NCBI GenBank assembly: GCA_965661285.1
Contig: CBFIDD010000004.1
Span: 69,042 to 133,041, forward strand
Length of the DNA stretch: 64,000 bases
Direction of reading: 5' to 3'
Source: Poseidonia sp.
Lineage (GTDB): Archaea; Thermoplasmatota; Poseidoniia; Poseidoniales; Poseidoniaceae
Under the pieces are notes generated by a model that worked only from the letters and a program-made list of their open reading frames with translations, was not told the origin of the DNA and searched no databases. The translations under genes and the position numbers were made by a program. Positions 10,101-18,440 of the stretch are shown in pieces (the stretch's first letter is position 1; the number at the start of each line of letters is the position of its first letter).

Positions 10101-12198
10101 TTTGATTGAGTCGGGTGTAGAGGACTTCCTCGGTCGCAGAAAGATTTCCTGAGTCAACCCACGCGATGTGGACGTTGTTCTGGTCGTCGGTCAGCAGCGA
10201 TGGGAACACGGAGTTTCCGGCGTAGGGTGAAGCGGGTGGGAGGCCGCCGTTGCCTTCGACGTTGGAAATGGGGGTGTCGTTGATCCTCTTGATGGCATAG
10301 GTGGAGAGGCCTTCCTCTGCACCGTCCCATGCACCTGCGCCTTGGAGGCGAAGTTTGGTGTAGTAAACCTCGTAGTTCACGTCCTTTTCGAATCCGTAAT
10401 CACGGCCGTCCATCCAAGCGATGTGCGTGTTCCCCTGTTGGTCAACGCCGATGGATGGGTGGAACGAGTAAGCGTCGTCAATGGTGACGCGGGTATCGTT
10501 GACAACCACCAAGTGGCCGTCTGCACCTGCACCGGTGTCTTCGGTGTAACCGCCGCCCTGCGAGGAGTGGCCTGGCAGACCGGGCGTGAAGCTGGGGTCG
10601 TTGTTCATCTTGGCATACGGGTCGAGGACGGACATGTAGATCTCGCGAGAGTTATTGGTCGAAATGTAAACCATCGCTTCGACGAGAAGGGCCATTTGGT
10701 TGGTACCGGAGCCGGACGGGAATTCGTAGGCTTGACCACCAGCATCGGTGTTAGCGAGCGTGTTTCCGGGACAGTTTCGGGTTTGTGTTGAAACGATGCC
10801 GTTGGGACACTGGACGAGGTCCATGAAGTGAGACTGGATGTTTCCAGCACCGCCGTAGCCTTGGCCGTAAAGACCGACAGGAACCACGCCGGCCAACAAA
10901 CAGTTGTCGTGCGCTTCTTGGATGGCTGCTTTGTCATCGGCTTGTTGGGATGGGTCGCCGTCCTTGGGGCCTTCGTCGGAAACGGGGATGACGATCTTGG
11001 TCGCGTTGGGGTTCCATCGGTGGTCCGATTGTGTCGGCGGGTTGCCCGGGACGTTTCCGGCTGAGTCCTTCCAAGAGAGGCAAGCCCAGTTCGAACCTGG
11101 GCCCCAGTCTTCACCTGAGTATCCTGAATAGGTGTTGCCGTTGTAAATGGTACCGGGGAGTTTTCGAATACCGCCGGAATCATCGCCGGGCGTTTGTCCA
11201 AGCGGCGTCGTTCGTGGGCCTGCGTTCTGGTTGTAGCCCTGACAGTTTCCAGAGCTGGCTGCACCGGGGAGGGTGTTGCCCAAACCGTAGATGGTTTCGT
11301 AAACGGTCATGTTGCCTTCTTCCAGCATGGGTTTGATGCCTTGGAAGTAAGGGCCAGATGCAAAGTTGCCGCCGTAGATGACGGTGCAGATGTCGGCCCA
11401 CTCTGAATACATGGAACCGGAGGTGTCGACGATGAACGCCAACTCAACCTTACCACCGCGGGTGTCATCCCATGCAACTTGAACGTAGTCGTTGGCGTCA
11501 ACCACAACGTCGGGATGTCCTTTGTGGCCGATGATGGGGGTCAGCAGCGTGTCGTCGAAGAGGGTCACCACAGCGCCCGAGCCAATGTCGGGCTGAATCA
11601 TGGAGTAGTAGATTTGTGGCTGGTTGAAGAAGCGGCCAAGTTCGTCGTAATTGTCTTGCCATACGATGTGAACGTTGTTTTGGCTGTCGATGTCGAGAGC
11701 AGGCCAATCTCGGTTTTGAGAGCGGCGTGAAATGATGGTGTCGTCAATGGCCGTGATGGTGCCGTCATCGGAGGCCATGCCGTCCATTGGTGCGGCCCAA
11801 GGAGAGAGTGCTGTGTACATGATGGCGTGCTGGCCGGCTTTGTCGGCCCAAACGACGTGAATACGGTCGTACTCGTCGACGGCGAGATCGGGATGCCAAA
11901 TCTTGTGAAGCCCTGAATTGGTGATTTGGGTGGCATCGATGAGTGTTTCTCCGCGGGGTGAAATCATCGAATAGTAGAGGTGAAGGTTGTTACGGGTCCA
12001 AACGATGTGAACATTGCCTGAACTGTCCGAGCCCACCGCTGCTTGTTGGTCAGAGGATGTTCCCCCGTCCACGATCTGGATGGCTTCGGTGATGACCACC
12101 GTGCTGGCGCTCACCGAAACGGAGGCAATCAAAAGAGACGACATCACGGAAAGGACCATGATTGAGGCAAGACTGACGGATTTGATTTTTTGACTCAT
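7168..12198 (-). CDS. Large surface protein: beta-propeller + vWA + Ig-like (NEW3/CARDB-like) repeats + C-terminal TM anchor
   Basis: Signal peptide; seven x(H/Q)(I/V)xW blade repeats; MIDAS DTSGS; repeated (I/V)TNxGN Ig-like motifs; VVVDPMNEIVESDEKDN CARDB motif; TM followed by GKGRR. Confidence 0.85.
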   Translation of the reverse strand: MSQKIKSVSLASIMVLSVMSSLLIASVSVSASTVVITEAIQIVDGGTSSDQQAAVGSDSSGNVHIVWTRNNLHLYYSMISPRGETLIDATQITNSGLHKIWHPDLAVDEYDRIHVVWADKAGQHAIMYTALSPWAAPMDGMASDDGTITAIDDTIISRRSQNRDWPALDIDSQNNVHIVWQDNYDELGRFFNQPQIYYSMIQPDIGSGAVVTLFDDTLLTPIIGHKGHPDVVVDANDYVQVAWDDTRGGKVELAFIVDTSGSMYSEWADICTVIYGGNFASGPYFQGIKPMLEEGNMTVYETIYGLGNTLPGAASSGNCQGYNQNAGPRTTPLGQTPGDDSGGIRKLPGTIYNGNTYSGYSGEDWGPGSNWACLSWKDSAGNVPGNPPTQSDHRWNPNATKIVIPVSDEGPKDGDPSQQADDKAAIQEAHDNCLLAGVVPVGLYGQGYGGAGNIQSHFMDLVQCPNGIVSTQTRNCPGNTLANTDAGGQAYEFPSGSGTNQMALLVEAMVYISTNNSREIYMSVLDPYAKMNNDPSFTPGLPGHSSQGGGYTEDTGAGADGHLVVVNDTRVTIDDAYSFHPSIGVDQQGNTHIAWMDGRDYGFEKDVNYEVYYTKLRLQGAGAWDGAEEGLSTYAIKRINDTPISNVEGNGGLPPASPYAGNSVFPSLLTDDQNNVHIAWVDSGNLSATEEVLYTRLNQTDLTGDGLTALDPWDAVAVTSWNSNKLGPNSGRQPAIGMPPAFSNDLGSGAHIAWSDTNTCGDEGNNNRFTICYSHVLTGQVDVEFDEGETFYHVIEPGQQTIYNMTMNNSTPGPKDLVADTYGLNISGVPMNWTANLYFASNHSSIFPDTPIFLEGGEDIRFYMRVQAPSIYQANGDELAEIRVTAQSYKDPAIQNDIITLTLMDVVHGINLDTSHSMADIEQGDTAIFSITITNTGNVHDAFVFWDPNSLEGQQEWLLPFGWQVNFPIRVELDPGQSVTKNLEVFVPTSEDPGAFVIYVKGWSEGEPIKSVEKGTYDILELGVFVSIRSTGNIVFAVDDRSDQVKPGECASYNINVTKNFDSGELVFATPGAPEAKPDGIAMDAWREENWLVMVDFANATGSADAGDGLGDPIAWTIPGSAEKITKRVTVHVCAPRNATAGLGPAITLKGYLDGYPRISDSAILSTNVEHVFDLDAGIDPEVGTSMNVNPGQQITLPITVTNDGNGPDRFDFRLARVTDAFGVDVIWDIEIPRETLQELSPDTYQAFDVTMNVPNRVPAGEYTVVMQAFSEEVYPDANGRETRIRDTIVLSVTVDEFHDMQISMDPTVDNAVKTSAPGKIVRFTFNVTNNGNVPDVPTLNNHTAQRDGDSLLWNELPGMNVLSSWDVDWFIMRQVSADLVIEEACMNMQSTASSFPEDACVYLEDIDEWRLPEMAPYETIITVAAVKIGTDAKLDTRSIGLKVVSMYGDMENDGDHDDSPEWDGDNYDTNEFIVTLRLRAPNLEIKEIIMPPSTSSEVDSTIPIGIILQNTGNVHATDIEIVLCEYDVANDADITKEIRDNGCEEERVVMRQVVGALLAPDDTEDAKEIELYLLYPVTAGSKGVYVVVDPMNEIVESDEKDNVRPIPEELASNSPVLDLAREVVGKTALPFAVIVLTIALLGVVYLVGKGRRDEVNKRLAEQSSLVSVLADEAND

Positions 12199-12336
12199 AG
12201 GTATACCCCGGACTTCAACACTTTTTCGTGTCTCTAATCATACTTAACCGCGTCCCCTATCGGTCATGTTTTCTCTCGTGCCGCGCTTCACCCACGCGTG
12301 CCGAGCGAACGAAGGTTTTCGGCCCAAAATGAAAGA

Positions 12337-13014
12337 TTAGGCCCATTCGGAGGGATCGAACCCTGAACCAAAGGACATCTTCTCGTCAAACTCGATTTCC
12401 GCCGTTGGCCGAGGCTCCTCTGCCGCCTGCTGGCCGTCGTTCATCGGCTTTGATTTCGCCCAGTCGTCCACAGGACCGGGTTTGCCAACACCGGGGCCGT
12501 AGGAGTACTTGATTTCGTGAATCAATGCGAGTTTCGCAAGCCACAATCGGCGCAAACTGTTCATGAACTCGTGCTTGGTAAGGCCGTCAAACCAAATGGG
12601 CAAACTCACATTGAACGCCTGAAGCGGTCCGGGTTTCTTTTCGCCGTCATGGCCCATGTGAATCACCCAGTCCACGCCGGTTCGAATCAAGTGAAGACGG
12701 CTCTCGTGAATCCACTCCGACCAATCGCTGTCTTTGTCGTCCATGTGGTCTTTCATTTCCTTCTGCTGACCTTCATCGACCCTTGTCATGCTCGAAACAG
12801 CCACCAAATCCCGTCCCTTTGGAACGACGATGGCGAACATGTGCCCTTGCTTCCCGCTTGGGTAGCGGACGAGGAAATGTGCGTGCGCTCGTGGGTCCTT
12901 TTGCGCCTTCGCTTGAAGGCGTTCTTCGGTGAGCCATTGCTTGAGAACATTAACGGTCTCATCGGGCGTCATGTTGCCTTCCAATTCCTCATCCCGTTTG
13001 AATGCACCCTTCAC
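12337..13014 (-). CDS. Conserved archaeal protein, DUF2299-like
   Basis: KQWLTEE..., IWFDGLTKHEFMNSL pattern; start 13014 (GTG, overlapping upstream stop) or 12972 (ATG). Confidence 0.6.
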   Translation of the reverse strand: MKGAFKRDEELEGNMTPDETVNVLKQWLTEERLQAKAQKDPRAHAHFLVRYPSGKQGHMFAIVVPKGRDLVAVSSMTRVDEGQQKEMKDHMDDKDSDWSEWIHESRLHLIRTGVDWVIHMGHDGEKKPGPLQAFNVSLPIWFDGLTKHEFMNSLRRLWLAKLALIHEIKYSYGPGVGKPGPVDDWAKSKPMNDGQQAAEEPRPTAEIEFDEKMSFGSGFDPSEWA

Positions 13015-14603
13015 GGTGTAAGTTGACCCAGAAGGGCCTCAAGACGTAATTTTTCCTCCTTTGGAACACGGAATCTCACCCACGCTTTCCGAGCGTCGAC
13101 CCAAACATCCCATGCGAAAGCGAACGATTTTCCACTCGCCCAAAAAACAGGGAAGCAAAGAATGTACACGGCCATCAACCCGACCGCTGCGCTGCTGGTG
13201 CCCATACGGAGCCAGGTATCGGAAAAGCCGAGGACGTCCCCAACAGCACCATGATTGGCCCAAACCACCCAGGTCCACCCTAAGGCGATGAAGGGCCACA
13301 CGAGCATCGAGCCAAAGAACGACGCGAGAAACTGGTAGCTTGTTCTGGCATCAAGGCCCTCGTCGGTCGAATCACCGAGCAGGCGACCGAGGGCGATTTG
13401 GAAACCCAGTGAAGTGATTGAAAACGGCAACAACGCAAGAAAACAAAACAGGGCGACCATCGCCGAGGGCAGGCGGCTCATGTTGGCTCGGCGCAGCGGC
13501 CTTCCTTTTGGCCCGAGGTCCCGACCGTCCAATCCCCTTGTCTCAAGCAGTTCAGCCGCCTCTGAAGCGAGTTCGAATTGTTCACCGGCCAAGGGCTGTG
13601 GGGGGAACGTGTTTTCCCGCCCGGGCCATTCGTCCCGGACGGTTCTCGCCGCCAGCACCTCGGACGTCCAATCGGAGAGACGCTCGCCCTTGTGGCGGGC
13701 ACGGGCATGGGCGAGAAGATGGAGGGCGCGGTGTTCTTCCCACGTCGCGGTGTTGGGCGTCATGCTTGGAAGGCGGTCTTGCAGTTGGCCCCTGATGCGA
13801 TGAACCGTTTCTGCGGGTGGCTCAACCCATCCGCCTTCTCGAACGGCGTTGACCATGGCCTCTGGGATCTGGTCATCCTCAAGTCTGATGGGGTCGCCAA
13901 ACTCGATGAATTGGTCGGTTCGGAAGAGTTCTCTGCGACGGAAATGAAGACCCACGGGGACGAGGTGCGGGAGCGGTAAATCGTTGGCCTTCGCCAGTGC
14001 GGCTGCGGCAAGAACGGTGCGAATCGGCCCGGTTTTGAACCGGAGCATCGACGACTGACTGTGGCTCGTGCCCTCGGGGAACAAAACGCAACCAAAACCG
14101 TGGGCGATGCCGCTTGAAAGAGCGAGAAGTGAGCGCCCGTTCAACACCAACGCTTCCTCTTCGGTGCAACCGCCTCTGAGGAGTTCGGCCTTGCGCACGA
14201 CCGGTTGGACCGCAAGACGGCGGGTCCACCAGCCCAAGAGAGGGCGTGTCACCAAATCATGGCGAGCTCCAACGACGAATTCCTTGGGATGGTTGAGAAA
14301 AATACCGAGCGGGTCCATCAGTCCGTTGGTGTGCCAGCCGCAACACATGGCACCTGCGCCACCCACCTCGAGTGGCGTGGTGGATGACGAAGCCGTGGTT
14401 CGAAACTGAACGCTCGCAACGCGACGGCACATCCAGAACGCAATTTTCGTCCACAAAAACGAGCCCGGCACCGATGAATCGTAGGTTGGGAGTGGTGCGT
14501 TCAGAAGTTTGTCGATGTTCATCTTCTTCGCCGAGGCAGACAAAATCGGAAGGGCTTCGCCGTTGTGGATCATTTTCTCTTCTCCTGTGTCGATCGTGGC
14601 CAT
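13011..14603 (-). CDS. PlsC-family (lysophospholipid/glycerol-phosphate) acyltransferase with C-terminal TM helices
   Basis: HTNGLMD (HxNxxxD), FPEGTSH, FKTG, PVGL blocks; start at ATG 14603 overlapping the HIT stop (TGATG). Confidence 0.85.
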   Translation of the reverse strand: MATIDTGEEKMIHNGEALPILSASAKKMNIDKLLNAPLPTYDSSVPGSFLWTKIAFWMCRRVASVQFRTTASSSTTPLEVGGAGAMCCGWHTNGLMDPLGIFLNHPKEFVVGARHDLVTRPLLGWWTRRLAVQPVVRKAELLRGGCTEEEALVLNGRSLLALSSGIAHGFGCVLFPEGTSHSQSSMLRFKTGPIRTVLAAAALAKANDLPLPHLVPVGLHFRRRELFRTDQFIEFGDPIRLEDDQIPEAMVNAVREGGWVEPPAETVHRIRGQLQDRLPSMTPNTATWEEHRALHLLAHARARHKGERLSDWTSEVLAARTVRDEWPGRENTFPPQPLAGEQFELASEAAELLETRGLDGRDLGPKGRPLRRANMSRLPSAMVALFCFLALLPFSITSLGFQIALGRLLGDSTDEGLDARTSYQFLASFFGSMLVWPFIALGWTWVVWANHGAVGDVLGFSDTWLRMGTSSAAVGLMAVYILCFPVFWASGKSFAFAWDVWVDARKAWVRFRVPKEEKLRLEALLGQLTP

Positions 14604-15028
14604 CACTTCACACCCTGAAGTTCTGCGGCAAGGTCGGCCAGCGCGATGTGGTCCGCCTCGGAGACGGGGGTTTGAGGCCACATCGCCATGAGCGTGGAGC
14701 CACCATCGTGTGGTGTTCTTGGGAGGACATGAACGTGGACGTGAGGGACTTCCTGTCCTGCCAACGGCCCGTCGTGAATGCACACCGTGAAGTCCGTTGT
14801 CTCAAATCGCTGACCAAGGAGGCGTTGTACGGAGGAGACGCCCTCCATGAGTTGTGCTTGTTCTTGCCTGGTCAAATCTGCCAAACGTTGCACACCACGA
14901 ACAGGAATCACCAGGGTGTGCCCTTCTCTTCGCGGGAAGATGTCGAGAAAAGCGTACCACCCTTCTCCACTTGCGACACGATGCGAGGGAATGTCACCGG
15001 AGAGTATCTTCTCAAACAGCGTGGTCAT
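14603..15028 (-). CDS. HIT family nucleotide hydrolase
   Basis: TLFEKILSGDIP, AFLDIFP...GHTLVIP, GQEVPHVHVHVLPR. Confidence 0.93.
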   Translation of the reverse strand: MTTLFEKILSGDIPSHRVASGEGWYAFLDIFPRREGHTLVIPVRGVQRLADLTRQEQAQLMEGVSSVQRLLGQRFETTDFTVCIHDGPLAGQEVPHVHVHVLPRTPHDGGSTLMAMWPQTPVSEADHIALADLAAELQGVK

Positions 15029-15057
15029 GACCGTTGGGTGTTCCCCGATGTCTTTCT

Positions 15058-16677
15058 TCATTGTGGAGGAAGAACCCAATGGCCGCCTGCTCCCTTCTTG
15101 ATGGCGAGCGTTCCGATGGCCCCCTCACGGTCAACGGTGAGATGATGCAGGAACGCGTCGTTGGATTCAGGGAAGTCTTCTCGTGTGAACGAGCCACGGG
15201 ACTCTTCGCGCGCCTGTCCGCTTTGAACGGACGCCAAGACCATGCGAACAGCTGCCTGGGTTCGAAGAACCTCGAGGAGGTTGGTGTTTGCAATGAGCGA
15301 GTGCTGGTCGAGATGAAGCGACTCGGCCGTGATGTTGAGTTGTTCAAGCTTGGCTTGGAGGTTGGCCATGCTGTCCGATGAGAAGGACGACGTGGCCGCC
15401 AACCCAGCGTGAAGGTTGGCCATCACGGTGCCACAGCGAACCACATGGGTCGCTTCGTCGGATTCCATCATGGCAGAAACATCGGCTTGCGCGTCATCCA
15501 GAGCCGCTTCAAGTGCGGTGGCGGTGCTGAACTTGCGGTCGGCGACCCATTGCCCAGCGTGTTCTCCAGCGGACGTTCCCGAAGCGAGGGCGTCGAGAAG
15601 ACGGTTGCCTGCGAGCGGTGCAGCCCCGTGGAGGCCGGTGCACGATGCGTCGCCCGCAGCATAAAGACCGGTGAACCAGCGGGACCACGTGCCGACCACA
15701 CATCGTCCGTGGCCATCAACGGGAAGTCCGCCGAGGGTGTGGCCGACGGTGGGGGCCAAAGGAACCGTTTGCCGGTTCATGTCAATGCCCGTGCGTTGTT
15801 TGACAAGGCGGAAGAGGGAGGCCCACCACGAGGCGCTTAGGCCCATGTTTCGAGCATCCAACACGGGTTGAACAGCTGCGGAGATGGCGTCGACGATGTC
15901 TTGGGAAGAGTGGCCGTCCACTTCGATAGCAGCACCCGATGCTTCGTGGAGTTGGGCCCCGTCAAGGAGGAGGCCGGTAGGCAACAACACGTTCGTGCCT
16001 TTGATGGCGAGTGGATGGTGGGTCATGAATTCCATATCTCGCAGAGCGACGCCCGCACGGAAGGCCATGTCCATGCCAAGACCGACAAGCCCTGAGGAAA
16101 ACGCCCCTTCGAAACCCTCGTCAGCGATGATGAGCGCTTTGCATTGCAAGCCGATGACCTTTCCGTTGACCATGTCAACGGCGACGAGGCCTTCAACCGA
16201 TTGATTGGTGTGAACAAGGGTCAACGGCACCTGGTCGCCCCGTCGAATGACGCCGTGGCGCATGCATTGCTCTTCGCCGAGTTGTTGGAGGCCGAGCGCC
16301 GTGGCACTGCCGGCATCCACCGTACGGGGTTGTTGATGGCTTGGAGCCTTGCGAACCATGGGCAGGCCCTGTTGGTCTCTTCGGAAGTTGAACCCTCGAC
16401 GTTCGAGGAGGTCGACGAATTTGATGGCCCCGGCTGTGGTTTCGGCCACCACGTCCTGATCGCACAGGAATGCGCCGCAACGGATGGTGTCCTCTCGGTG
16501 GCTCCGGTTGTTGGCTTCTTGAATAGAGGCTGAAAGGCCTTCAAGCGAAGTTAAACCGGGGTTGCCCAAACCGGTGGATGACATCATGAGGGTGTTCGCC
16601 CCGGATTTTGCTGCCGCAGCGGCGGCGTGAAGTGCAGCGGGCCCGTCTCCAAGCACAATGACATCCCATGCTTCCAT
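15058..16677 (-). CDS. SdhA/FrdA/NadB-like FAD-binding protein with divergent active site
   Basis: DVIVLGDGPAA, DMEF..HP, TLGGLPVD, GLYAAGD..C.GLHGA, AREESRG; start moved to ATG 16677. Confidence 0.8.
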   Translation of the reverse strand: MEAWDVIVLGDGPAALHAAAAAAKSGANTLMMSSTGLGNPGLTSLEGLSASIQEANNRSHREDTIRCGAFLCDQDVVAETTAGAIKFVDLLERRGFNFRRDQQGLPMVRKAPSHQQPRTVDAGSATALGLQQLGEEQCMRHGVIRRGDQVPLTLVHTNQSVEGLVAVDMVNGKVIGLQCKALIIADEGFEGAFSSGLVGLGMDMAFRAGVALRDMEFMTHHPLAIKGTNVLLPTGLLLDGAQLHEASGAAIEVDGHSSQDIVDAISAAVQPVLDARNMGLSASWWASLFRLVKQRTGIDMNRQTVPLAPTVGHTLGGLPVDGHGRCVVGTWSRWFTGLYAAGDASCTGLHGAAPLAGNRLLDALASGTSAGEHAGQWVADRKFSTATALEAALDDAQADVSAMMESDEATHVVRCGTVMANLHAGLAATSSFSSDSMANLQAKLEQLNITAESLHLDQHSLIANTNLLEVLRTQAAVRMVLASVQSGQAREESRGSFTREDFPESNDAFLHHLTVDREGAIGTLAIKKGAGGHWVLPPQ

Positions 16678-16775
16678 TCTGAAACTCCCCTGTGGCTGGC
16701 GAAGCAGAGGACCGCCATAAGGTGCGCGCTTCGCCCACAAGCAGCAACGCTCGTCGCCCAACTCCTTGAACGGAT

Positions 16776-18287
16776 TCAGACTTTTGGCAGTGGCCGCGTC
16801 GCCCACGTGCGAGCACGCTCGAGGGCGCTGTTCTTTTTCCTCGATTGGAAACTTGATTTCCGCTTGACCAACGTGCGAAGAACCCGCGACTCGATGACCA
16901 CGCCTTCCTCATTGCGAAGAATGACCTGCACATAGCGCTCGGTTTGGTCTCGCTCCGGCCATGCTACACCAAGCCAGAGAACAACGCCCTGCTGGAGATA
17001 GCGAGGCACCCAATCAAGCGCATCGTCTTCACCTTCTGCGTTCAATCCAACCGCTTTACGGGGAGGAGGGCAGGGTTGCAAGTCAAACCGGTGGTCGCGC
17101 GCAAAGGGTTCCCCGCCGGGACAAACGACCTCAATCCTCGCCACGGCATGGTCAAAGGTTTGGTTGTTGAGCGCAATGAACAGGTGGCCCGTGCCTTCGT
17201 CGCACTCGGGGTCGAGGGCCACGTCCATCCGCCACGGTGAGCGCAACATGCTGGGCGTGCCCGAGAGGAGGTCCAACTGGAGGCGTTCGAGCAGGCGAAA
17301 GGCGCTGGGCTGCCAAACTCGAGCGTGGGCCAAAAGACGCTGGAGGGAGCGCCAATTGAACTTGGCCTCCTCGTCCAACAACACGTCTGCAATGGCGTCA
17401 GGGCGTATGAATTCACACAACTCCCCCATGGCAACGCTGTCGCTGAGGTCGCCCTTGGCGTTGAGATGTAAGATGTAGAGAACGCGCTCCCAAGACTGGT
17501 CTTTGTCATAACCCGGCAGCACGCTCTTGCGGAATTCACTGAGCCAGTCGCGCCAGTCAAGATACAAGTCGGGGTCAAGGTGCAGAACGATCAGTTCGCC
17601 CAGAATAGAGCCGAGTTGGGTGGGGTGGTGTGTTGGGGCGTGATGGACCAGGCACGGCATCTGGTCGCCTTGCTGGCGAACGGAATCGGAGGTGAAAAAC
17701 GAATGAAATGAATGCGCAAAACCAAGGGTCATCGAGACCAAAAACGACAGGCTCCAGACCAACGACTGTTCCTGGAGCGCGGTGCCCAAACCCAGCAGCG
17801 AAGCGCTGCTGAGGGCCAAAAGAATGTTGACCGTATTGTGCCGTCGTACGTCGGTGAGCCCCTCCAAAATACGATCCATGCCCGGTTGGGAACGGAGTGA
17901 GAGTTTTCCGCCCTGCCTGCCGTCATCAATTTCGCGCAGAGAAATGCGTGCTTGGATGGATTGCCACATGGACTCCCCGGCTAGAAGCGGTGGAACGGTT
18001 CCCAACAGCAGCGGCACCAACCAGAACATCAGCACGTAGCCCGGATTGGGCGGAGCAAGATTGGGGGAAATGATCGAGAGAAGGGCGACGGTGGCGATGC
18101 TTGCACCAAAGGCCAAGCGGAGAAACATCACGGCGGGATGGCGGGCCAGTTGGCCAGAACGAAGGCGAAGCATCTCTTGTTGTTGCCATTTTTCGCTGGT
18201 TCGCTCGATCGGGTTTTCCACTCGGGTGAAACCCTGACCGTACGGATCGGGAAGAACGTTGTTGGCGTCCGAGGCTTGGTCGGCCAT
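16776..18287 (-). CDS. Hypothetical membrane protein (about 4 TM + soluble C-terminal domain)
   Basis: Long ORF with hydrophobic segments; start moved to ATG 18287 so it does not overlap the tRNA. Confidence 0.7.
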   Translation of the reverse strand: MADQASDANNVLPDPYGQGFTRVENPIERTSEKWQQQEMLRLRSGQLARHPAVMFLRLAFGASIATVALLSIISPNLAPPNPGYVLMFWLVPLLLGTVPPLLAGESMWQSIQARISLREIDDGRQGGKLSLRSQPGMDRILEGLTDVRRHNTVNILLALSSASLLGLGTALQEQSLVWSLSFLVSMTLGFAHSFHSFFTSDSVRQQGDQMPCLVHHAPTHHPTQLGSILGELIVLHLDPDLYLDWRDWLSEFRKSVLPGYDKDQSWERVLYILHLNAKGDLSDSVAMGELCEFIRPDAIADVLLDEEAKFNWRSLQRLLAHARVWQPSAFRLLERLQLDLLSGTPSMLRSPWRMDVALDPECDEGTGHLFIALNNQTFDHAVARIEVVCPGGEPFARDHRFDLQPCPPPRKAVGLNAEGEDDALDWVPRYLQQGVVLWLGVAWPERDQTERYVQVILRNEEGVVIESRVLRTLVKRKSSFQSRKKNSALERARTWATRPLPKV

Positions 18288-18343
18288 GTCATCCCCACGT
18301 GTTCGGTGTGTGCACCCAATTATGGCTCTTGTCCAAAAAAAAG

Positions 18344-18417
18344 CGGGCGTGGCAGGATTCGAACCCGCGATCTTCGGCTTAGGAGGCCGATGCATTATCC
18401 AGCTGTGCTACACGCCC
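18344..18417 (-). tRNA. tRNA-Arg (CCT)
   Basis: Reverse complement GGGCGTGTAGCACAGCTGGATAATGCATCGGCCTCCTAAGCCGAAGATCGCGGGTTCGAATCCTGCCACGCCCG; anticodon stem TCGGC/GCCGA around CCT. Confidence 0.95.
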
Positions 18418-18440
18418 AAAAGGCGCTGATGTGCGACCTT

